Assembly (NCBI GenBank): GCA_963695545.1 | Contig: OY968796.1 | Coordinates: 736,001 to 800,000, forward strand | Reading direction: 5' to 3' | From: Terriglobia bacterium | GTDB taxonomy: Bacteria > Acidobacteriota > Terriglobia > Acidiferrales > UBA7541 | DNA: 64,000 nt | In this document: positions 57,112 to 64,000 of the stretch, piece by piece | How the letters are laid out: each line of letters begins with the position of its first letter | Position numbering within the stretch: position 1 is the stretch's first letter | Translations under genes and position numbers: made by a program | The notes under the pieces: model-generated | Databases searched by the model: none | Seen by the model: only the letters and a program-made list of their open reading frames with translations | What the model was told of the DNA's origin: nothing

Positions 57112-60100
57112 CTACTGTCCCGGCCCAACAGTGTACCGCAGCGACGTCTCGGCAGGCAGATCGGGGCCCAGCGGAACCGCCACCTCCAGCAGCACAGCAT
57201 CCGACTTCATCTCGAGCGTCAGCGCTCCCGCCGTCCACTCGAAATCGAGCGCTGCATGGCCCGGCGTGCGAATCTCCAGTCGGCTTACGCCCGCAGGAGC
57301 CGCAAGCGGCGGGCCCTCCGGCACAAAGCGCAGGCACGCGTCGTTCGTGCTTCGATCATGATGGTCGGCCGCGACGCCGCCGGGCGCCCGCGCAATCCAG
57401 CAGAATTGCGTCCCGCGATCCTCGCCGCTCGCGGCAGGCAGCGACGACACGGCGACAAATTGAAGCGCGGGACTCGCTGGCGAGTCTGCGCTCCCCGCTT
57501 CAAGCGAAACGCGATAACGCGCCTCAACGGTTGCCGGCGCGATCAGGCGCACAGTTTTTTCGATCACGGCCCCGGCCGGCCCCGCCTCTGGCGCCTGGTA
57601 ACGCATCCGCACGCCGTTAGACGTCGCTGCCTCCATTGCAGCGCTCGCGCCCGTGGCGGCGGCCGGCGAAACAGTCGGCGCCGCGCCTGCGCCTGTCCAC
57701 TCCGCGGTGTACGCCCGATTGAAAGTGAAATCGTGCGGCTCTGAATCGTTGCCCACGAGGAACCAATCGCGCAGCGCCCCCCAGGTAGTCACAAAATTCT
57801 CGCCGGTGCCCTCCGATACCAGGGCCAGCATCCTCCCGCCGTCGCGCGGAGAAAGAAACAATCGCAGCGCGCTGTTTTCAAGCACCCAATCAGGCGAACC
57901 GTCGCGCTCGAAATCGTATGTATAGTGAAGAAGCGCGCCGGACGCCGCGCTTTGAAACTCCAGCGGGAATCGCAGTTGCCGATCATGCGCGTCGAGTCGC
58001 AATTCTTCCGTGATCCGCCCGTCCGGCGGCCACACTGGAGGAACCAGCGGATCGGGCACGGCTTTGATGTCGGTCAAGAGCGTCGCGCCGGAATCAACGT
58101 GCACCGAACCGGATCCAGCGAACGGACCAACAACGTGCGCTACAAAACCCACCGTGCCGTCGCCGCGATTGTCCGTGCGCAAAACCAACCGCTGGTCTTT
58201 TGCTTCTTTGCCTTCTTCGGGGGCCACAACGATCAATGCCGGTACGCTTCCAAGCGACGGGCCCTGCCCCAGCGGCAATCGCACCGCGCTCAGCATGGAA
58301 ACGTCGAAGTCCGCGCGCGGATGTTTCGGCGGATCGGGCTTCTCAGGCACGTGCGGTATGTATCGCAAATAAATTTTCACAGTGCGAACGTAATCCGGCG
58401 CCGCGCCGCGCAGCACGTTCACCTCGAAAGTGCGGACCAGGCTCGACCACTTCCCGTCCACGCTGTTATCGTCGAGTTCCACTTTCGTCGGCTGGCTCTC
58501 GAGGCGAAGCATCACGTCTGCGCTCAACGGCGCGTAGAAAGTCAGCTCGAGCAAATTTTTCTCGCGCTCCGCTCCCAGCAATTCCGCCCCGGAAGTGACG
58601 ATTTCGTCCGAACACGGCTTATCGGACCGCGCCTCGCTGCACAACGGAGCGTGCAGCGGGAGCAGCAGTGAATCTCCCGCCGGAACGCCGACGTGTAAAT
58701 GCAGCGTGCCTTGGTATCCGCCCTTCTCCGCTTCCGGCGGCGCGATCACGTCCAAATCCGCTTCCTGCGCCTGCGACGAATCGAGATTCGTCGCGCTCAA
58801 TAGTCCCGCTGCGCACAGCGGCCTTGCAACGCAGCGCGAGCTCAGAGTCTCGAGCGATCCACCTGCTTCCCGGCCCACAAGTTCGCTAAAAACTAACGCA
58901 TCGCCCCGTGGTGGAGCGTCAGTTCGCCGGATCGCCGCCGGCGCGCCGGCATTCTCGATCACCCTGCTCAAGCCCTTCGGCGCCCACTCGGCTTCGGGGC
59001 GCGCGCGCGATTCTGCCAGCGACTCGCTCGGATCGACCCATGAATAAAAATCCTGCGCCCATTCGATCGTCCCTCCATCGCCGTAGGAGCGCCGTATCGC
59101 GTCAGGGACCTTGGCTGTTTGCGATACAGTTCCCGGAGCCTCCCACACGGCGGCGAGCCCCGGCAGCGTGGGTCGGGGCGATTCCACAATCAGGATTCCG
59201 CCGCGGCGAACGTATTCAAGCAGCGTCTGCTGTGCGCGCGCCGGCAGCATCCGCTCGCCACCCGAATCCATTTTCGGCGCGATCAGCAGCAACACTGGAT
59301 CGCGCAGGAGCCGTTCGACCGTCTGCGTCGCGGGATCAACCACCTCCGCCGTGCGGCCCTCCAATTCCGCCACGCGCAGTACCTGCGCAAGCGCGCGCCG
59401 CTCTTGATCTCGGTCCCGAGAATCTTGGTTCGGTGCGGTCGCGTCCGGAGTTTCGCCGCCGGTGCCGCCAGTTACGTCGCGCGGAACTTCCGCGCGAAGA
59501 TCGACGACTCCGAGATCGGCTCGCAGATGCACAGACGCCAGCCGTTCGCCCCAAGCTTTCACCAATCGTCCATTCCGCGCGATCGCCGCGGCCTGCGTGC
59601 GAGGTCCGCCTTCCATGTCCAGCGCCACATCGCGGTTCAAATATCGATTGGTTCCCGGTGCCTCGTAGCCTGCCGGCGTCAAGGAATCTTGGAACGGCGC
59701 ATACACGATCGCGCCAATTCCGCGTCCCATCACTAACCGCGAGCCGACGATCGTCGCCGATGCCGCCACGCGTGCTGGCGAATCTTCGCCGGGCGCGGCG
59801 TAGCCGCCCGCGTGGAACGCTGTGATCAGTGCGGGAATGTTCGTTTGCTGTTCGAGCGTGTCCGACAGCAGCGCGAGTGTTTCTGCGTCGGGTGCGCCAA
59901 GCGTCGCCCCGTCTGGCGCGGCAAGATCCGTGGACGCCGCACGCGGCGAAAAAATCCATCGTGCCGCAACTCCCGCCACCGAAGATTCTGTTGTGCCAAA
60001 GTCCGGCCTCGCCATTAGCGCATCGAGTCCGGAGTCCGCTAAATCGCCCGGCGCCGCCAAACACGGCGCGTTCACCCCGCCGGCCGCCAGTTGCGCACAG

Positions 60101-60936
60101 AGCGCGCTCAAATAGTGAGCCAGATTTGGCGCGACGCTTGCGCGCGAAACAGAGGGCACGCTCGCGGACCCGGCGTGATCTCCAGAAATGTCGCCCACAA
60201 AATCTCCGACAACGACAAATAGCAGCGGGCCGCTCGCATCCTGCGTCGTGGTTGTCCCCCACGTGTCCGACGAATTGATCGTGATCTTTTTGTGCGAGTC
60301 GTAAGGAGCCAGTTCACGCCCCAGCGCGGAAAACCATTCCCGATTGGCCCGCAGAAAATCCTCGCGCGCGAGCCACCCTGCCGCGGCGGCATCGGCATCG
60401 CGATGAAACTCAGCCGCGAGCGGCGGCTCCGCGCCGTCTGCAAGTTGCTCGGCCGTCATGCCGTAATCGGGAGCGCGCACCAGCCATTCCGGATAGCCCG
60501 CCAGGCGCCACGTCGCCGGCATCTGAGGTCCCGCGTGCACGATCAGCTTGAATCCGCGATCCGCGATCAAGCGCAGCAATCCCCGCAGATCGCGCCGCGG
60601 ATTCGAGTGGCCGTCGAAATCGAATTCCCCTGCGGCTGTCTCGTGCCAATTCCACGGGATCGTGAGGTCAATCGTGTTGATGCCTAATTCGTGGTAGCGG
60701 TCCAGAGAGTGAGCCCACAAGTCTTGCGGAAGGCCAAAATAATCAAACGCGGCGCCGTTCACGAAGAATGGCTTGCCGTCCACTTGTAGCTCGGGCTCGC
60801 CATTGTCCTGAACGATTCGGGCGCCCGAAAAATCCGCAGGAGGAGACGCGTTCTGCGGTGCGGCGAACCCCACGCGGCCAAAGCACAAGATGAATACCAG
60901 AGTGACGAGCGGCGGAATCCGCGCGGCAGCGGACAA
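57112..60936 (-). CDS. Large exported GH35 (beta-galactosidase)-like multidomain protein, catalytic residues apparently substituted
   Basis: VDGKPF, GINTIDLTIPWNWHE..GEFDF.G, DL..LL, GP...W..AGYP.WL; probable TTG start at 60936 after AAGGA. Confidence 0.75.
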   Translation of the reverse strand: MSAAARIPPLVTLVFILCFGRVGFAAPQNASPPADFSGARIVQDNGEPELQVDGKPFFVNGAAFDYFGLPQDLWAHSLDRYHELGINTIDLTIPWNWHETAAGEFDFDGHSNPRRDLRGLLRLIADRGFKLIVHAGPQMPATWRLAGYPEWLVRAPDYGMTAEQLADGAEPPLAAEFHRDADAAAAGWLAREDFLRANREWFSALGRELAPYDSHKKITINSSDTWGTTTTQDASGPLLFVVVGDFVGDISGDHAGSASVPSVSRASVAPNLAHYLSALCAQLAAGGVNAPCLAAPGDLADSGLDALMARPDFGTTESSVAGVAARWIFSPRAASTDLAAPDGATLGAPDAETLALLSDTLEQQTNIPALITAFHAGGYAAPGEDSPARVAASATIVGSRLVMGRGIGAIVYAPFQDSLTPAGYEAPGTNRYLNRDVALDMEGGPRTQAAAIARNGRLVKAWGERLASVHLRADLGVVDLRAEVPRDVTGGTGGETPDATAPNQDSRDRDQERRALAQVLRVAELEGRTAEVVDPATQTVERLLRDPVLLLIAPKMDSGGERMLPARAQQTLLEYVRRGGILIVESPRPTLPGLAAVWEAPGTVSQTAKVPDAIRRSYGDGGTIEWAQDFYSWVDPSESLAESRARPEAEWAPKGLSRVIENAGAPAAIRRTDAPPRGDALVFSELVGREAGGSLETLSSRCVARPLCAAGLLSATNLDSSQAQEADLDVIAPPEAEKGGYQGTLHLHVGVPAGDSLLLPLHAPLCSEARSDKPCSDEIVTSGAELLGAEREKNLLELTFYAPLSADVMLRLESQPTKVELDDNSVDGKWSSLVRTFEVNVLRGAAPDYVRTVKIYLRYIPHVPEKPDPPKHPRADFDVSMLSAVRLPLGQGPSLGSVPALIVVAPEEGKEAKDQRLVLRTDNRGDGTVGFVAHVVGPFAGSGSVHVDSGATLLTDIKAVPDPLVPPVWPPDGRITEELRLDAHDRQLRFPLEFQSAASGALLHYTYDFERDGSPDWVLENSALRLFLSPRDGGRMLALVSEGTGENFVTTWGALRDWFLVGNDSEPHDFTFNRAYTAEWTGAGAAPTVSPAAATGASAAMEAATSNGVRMRYQAPEAGPAGAVIEKTVRLIAPATVEARYRVSLEAGSADSPASPALQFVAVSSLPAASGEDRGTQFCWIARAPGGVAADHHDRSTNDACLRFVPEGPPLAAPAGVSRLEIRTPGHAALDFEWTAGALTLEMKSDAVLLEVAVPLGPDLPAETSLRYTVGPGQ

Positions 60937-61125
60937 AGTTCCTTGGCGCGTGCCATAGGGCAGCGAGTCGGTCCCCGGGCGGCACCGCGAATCATGATTC
61001 CTCGAAGCTCGGCCGCTGCGCCGCACGGATGGTCATCTTAACCTGCGCGGCTGCTCATTCCCAACCGCCGCCAGCCTCCGGTCTGATACAATCGCGCGCT
61101 TGCGGCTATCAGCGCCGCACCGGCC

Positions 61126-61419
61126 GTGCCAGCGGAGCTTCACGCCAAACGGTTCTACGTTTCCGGAATGGTGCAGGGCGTGGGATTCCGCTTCTTCGCG
61201 CGGCGCCAGGCCACGCGCCTGGGCCTCGGCGGCTATTCCCGAAATCTGGCGGACGGCCGCGTCGAAGTCTACGCCGTGGGAACCACCGAGCAGCTTGACT
61301 TGTTGGCCGCGGAACTCGCGCGCGGGCCAGGCGCGTCCAGCGTCGAACGCGTCCAGAGCGAAGACGCCGAGGTGATCGAGAAGCACAGCGGCTGGTTCTC
61401 AATTGAGCCCGGCGCGTAA
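61126..61419 (+). CDS. acyP: Acylphosphatase
   Basis: VSGMVQGVGFR, G..RNLADGRVEV, GP. Confidence 0.9.
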   Translation: MPAELHAKRFYVSGMVQGVGFRFFARRQATRLGLGGYSRNLADGRVEVYAVGTTEQLDLLAAELARGPGASSVERVQSEDAEVIEKHSGWFSIEPGA

Positions 61420-61491
61420 ATCGAATTCGTCGACAAAATCGCGATCGCTCGATCCACCGAATCCATCAAATTCGCAAGGAGAGCAAAACGC

Positions 61492-62013
61492 ATGGATGAT
61501 CTGAAGAAATTGATCCGCGAAGTTCCGGACTACCCCAAGCCGGGCATTCTCTTTTACGACTTGACCACGCTGCTGCAAAACGGCCCCGGCCTGCACTTGC
61601 TGATCGATTGCCTCTGCTCCCACTACGATGGCGCGAAGGTGGACGCGGTCGTCGGAGTCGAAGCGCGCGGATTCATTTTCGCGCCGGCGCTGGCGTATCG
61701 CCTCGGCGCGGGATTCGTGCCCGTGCGCAAGCCGAAAAAGTTGCCCTGGAAAACCGCGAGCATCACCTACCAACTCGAGTACGGCACGGACACGCTCGAA
61801 ATCCACCAGGACGCCATCGAGCCGGGCCAGCGCGTGCTGATCAGCGACGATCTGCTGGCCACCGGCGGCACCGCCGCGGCCGCGGCCGCTCTGGTGCGCA
61901 AGCTCGGCGGCGAAGTTGTCGGCGCAGCCTTCGCGCTCGAACTCACGTTTCTCAATGGCCGCGCGAAACTGCCGGGCCTCGATGTCTTTTCTCTGCTCTC
62001 CTACGATTCCTGA
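61492..62013 (+). CDS. apt: Adenine phosphoribosyltransferase
   Basis: [39 protein letters not shown]. Confidence 0.96.
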   Translation: MDDLKKLIREVPDYPKPGILFYDLTTLLQNGPGLHLLIDCLCSHYDGAKVDAVVGVEARGFIFAPALAYRLGAGFVPVRKPKKLPWKTASITYQLEYGTDTLEIHQDAIEPGQRVLISDDLLATGGTAAAAAALVRKLGGEVVGAAFALELTFLNGRAKLPGLDVFSLLSYDS

Positions 62014-62041
62014 GTTCGGTATGTCGCGCCGGCCCCTGTAG

Positions 62042-62770
62042 CTACATTCGAGCGCGTTGCCGAACCGCCTCAAACAGCGCTATCCCAGCAGCGACCGAAA
62101 CATTCAGAGTGCGTACGGGTCCCGACGTCGGAATTGAAGCCAGGAAATCACAACGCGTGCGAATCAACTCGTGGAGTCCTTTGCCTTCGCCGCCGAGCAC
62201 GATCCCGGTCGGAACGGTCAAATCCAATTCGGTTAATCTTTTTTCGCTGCGTTCATCGAGACCCACGAGCCAATAGCCTGCCTCCTTCAACTCTTCCATA
62301 GCGCGCGCCAAATTCGGCACGCGCGCCACGGGCAAATGCTCGAGTGCTCCCGCCGCCGCGCGCGCCACGGCGTCGGTGAGTCCAGCGGCGCGCCGCTCGG
62401 CAATCACCACGCCGCGTGCACCGGCCGCAAGCGATGTGCGAATCACCGCGCCCAAATTGTGCGGATCTTCAACGCCATCGAGCAGCACGAGAAGGCCCGG
62501 CCCCGCGTCCGAAACACGCAGCAGGTCCGTGAGTGTTGCGGGCGGCTTGGCTGCCGCGAACGCCACTACTCCCTGATGCTCGCGTGTGCCGCTAGCGCGG
62601 TCCACCTGAGCGCGCTCCTCAAAACGCACCGGCACTCCGTTGCGCCGCGCGAGTTGCACGAGCGAATCGAGGCGTTCGCCGTGGCGACCGCGTGCCACAA
62701 GCACACGATCGAGCGGGCGGCCCGCTTCGAGCGCCTCGCGCACGGCATGGATTCCGGTCAATCGCTCCAC
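62042..62770 (-). CDS. rlmB: 23S rRNA Gm2251 2'-O-methyltransferase
   Basis: GIHAVREAL, HQGVVA, LDGVEDPHNLGA, GGEGKGL, LNVSVA. Confidence 0.93.
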   Translation of the reverse strand: MERLTGIHAVREALEAGRPLDRVLVARGRHGERLDSLVQLARRNGVPVRFEERAQVDRASGTREHQGVVAFAAAKPPATLTDLLRVSDAGPGLLVLLDGVEDPHNLGAVIRTSLAAGARGVVIAERRAAGLTDAVARAAAGALEHLPVARVPNLARAMEELKEAGYWLVGLDERSEKRLTELDLTVPTGIVLGGEGKGLHELIRTRCDFLASIPTSGPVRTLNVSVAAGIALFEAVRQRARM

Positions 62771-62800
62771 AGAAACTCCTGGAAAATTTATCGGCGCAGT

Positions 62801-63406
62801 TCAGTCGAGAACCGCGCAGAATTCAAGCATGCGCTCGCGCGCCGTTTTCACTGGCGCAAATCCCCGCGCGGCGGCCGCCGAGTCCAGCAACAAAATCACG
62901 CGATCGAGTTCGCCTTCTCCCGTGCGCCCAGCCAGCGCCAAGCGAATCGAATGAAACAGCGGACGACCGCTTGCGCCCGACCGCTGCTTCACGGCGATGA
63001 TGATTTCCTTCAAGCGCTCGGAATCGACCGCCTGCCCCGCCCTCGGCGCTGCCAACAACTCAACACCCAAGACGCGAATCGCATCGCGCGCGCCATCGCG
63101 CAGCAGCAATCCGTGAGCGTCCGCGGAAGCGATAACCGCGCGCGCGTCGTATCGAAACACCAAGCGCAAAAGCTCCGCGAGCCCATCTCGATCCGCGCAA
63201 TACGGGCCGAGCCACGCGGCGGCGTCAGCCATCCAATCATCTGCTGGCGACGAGCCTACGATTTCCGCCGGCGACGAGCCGGCTTCTAATCGAGCGCCCG
63301 AAACGAAAGCAGCGGAGAACCAGCCGCGCTCGATCAAAATCGCGCGCACGTCGCCGGCTGACCAGGTGTTAACGGCGAGCGCGCGCGCTTCGCGTTCAGC
63401 CCACAC
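62801..63406 (-). CDS. Stand-alone GluRS-type anticodon-binding-domain protein
   Basis: GRPLFHSIRLALAGRTGEGEL resembles the GluRS C-terminal GKxLFxPxRxAxTGxxxGPEL; no HIGH/KMSKS; GTG at 63406 overlaps the ispF end. Confidence 0.65.
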   Translation of the reverse strand: MWAEREARALAVNTWSAGDVRAILIERGWFSAAFVSGARLEAGSSPAEIVGSSPADDWMADAAAWLGPYCADRDGLAELLRLVFRYDARAVIASADAHGLLLRDGARDAIRVLGVELLAAPRAGQAVDSERLKEIIIAVKQRSGASGRPLFHSIRLALAGRTGEGELDRVILLLDSAAAARGFAPVKTARERMLEFCAVLD

Positions 63407-63875
63407 GTTCGAGAGTGGCCACGGCGTGCGCGGCGATGGCTTCGCCGCGGCCCACGGCGTCCACGCCTTCATTGGTTTTGGCTTTGAGGTGAATGCGCGC
63501 AACGTCGACGCCGAGCGCCTCGGCCAGCGCCTGGCGCATCGCCGGAAAGTGCGGATTCATTTTGGGTTTTTCCATGACGACGATCGCGTCGATGTGATCG
63601 ATGGTCCAGCCGTGCTCGTCAAGCAGTCCATCCACATGCTCGAGGAAGCGCAAGCTTGAGGCGTCCTTCCATTTCGGATCTGAATCGGGAAAATGCGTGC
63701 CGATGTCGCCGAGACCCGCGGCTCCGAGCAACGCGTCGCAGATGGCGTGCGCGAGCACGTCCCCATCGGAATGCGCGATGGCGCCTTTCTCGAACGGAAC
63801 CGTGATCCCGCCAACGACAAGCGCGCGGCCTTCCGCCAGGCGGTGCAAATCGTAGCCGATGCCGACGCGATTCAC
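63396..63875 (-). CDS. ispF: 2-C-methyl-D-erythritol 2,4-cyclodiphosphate synthase
   Basis: RVGIGYDLH, HSDGDV, DIGTHFPD, KAKTNEG. Confidence 0.96.
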   Translation of the reverse strand: MNRVGIGYDLHRLAEGRALVVGGITVPFEKGAIAHSDGDVLAHAICDALLGAAGLGDIGTHFPDSDPKWKDASSLRFLEHVDGLLDEHGWTIDHIDAIVVMEKPKMNPHFPAMRQALAEALGVDVARIHLKAKTNEGVDAVGRGEAIAAHAVATLERVG

Positions 63876-63877
63876 GG

Positions 63878-64000
63878 TTATTTGTCGCGCGCGGCCGCGC
63901 CGTGCGGAGCGCGCTCTTGCTCGAGATAAAAGCGCGCCAGTTCCATATCGCCGGGGCGCGTGATCTTTAAATTACGATCTGAGCCGAGCACCACATGAAC
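63878..64000 (-). CDS. ispD: MEP cytidylyltransferase, C-terminal part (truncated by window edge)
   Basis: VHVVLGSDRNLKITRPGDMELARFYL; directly upstream of ispF. Confidence 0.88.
   Translation of the reverse strand, partial: VHVVLGSDRNLKITRPGDMELARFYLEQERAPHGAAARDK

Noticed and set aside
1..64000. CRISPR arrays, tRNA/rRNA, IS elements, prophage or defence genes
   Set aside because: None recognised by eye; intergenic gaps are short and no regularly spaced repeats, integrase or transposase motifs were seen.

Overview
GC-rich bacterial chromosomal window of mostly housekeeping and cell-envelope genes. Gene order and gene families suggest Acidobacteriota (inference, no search run). Contents in order: the 3' part of an alternative complex III plus A2-type caa3 oxidase operon; rpsA-ihfB; HIT, acyl-CoA dehydrogenase, UvrC-like and aldo-keto reductase genes; PilZ, HAD and class-V aminotransferase genes; a TonB-family gene; rsmD-recG; a giant duplicated CPBP protease; an APC permease; two convergent ECF sigma/anti-sigma/DUF4097 operons; lysS-lolC/E-lolD-clpC-bamA-[large Ig/beta-propeller lipoprotein]-skp-ABC ATPase-hyp-lolA; ada; a GH35-like protein; acyP; apt; and rlmB-[GluRS anticodon-domain-only gene]-ispF-ispD. 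I saw no rRNA, tRNA, CRISPR array, transposase or phage genes. The best candidate for an undescribed system is an envelope-surveillance/biogenesis module: ECF pairs, a DUF4097-TonB fusion, a PDZ-only protein and a lipoprotein inserted between bamA and skp, linked by a shared ECF-like promoter motif. Several apparent pseudoenzymes also stand out: GH35 lacking both catalytic Glu, a UvrC-like protein with a degenerate GIY-YIG, a half-dead CPBP, and a stand-alone GluRS anticodon domain. All family calls come from motif recognition by eye.
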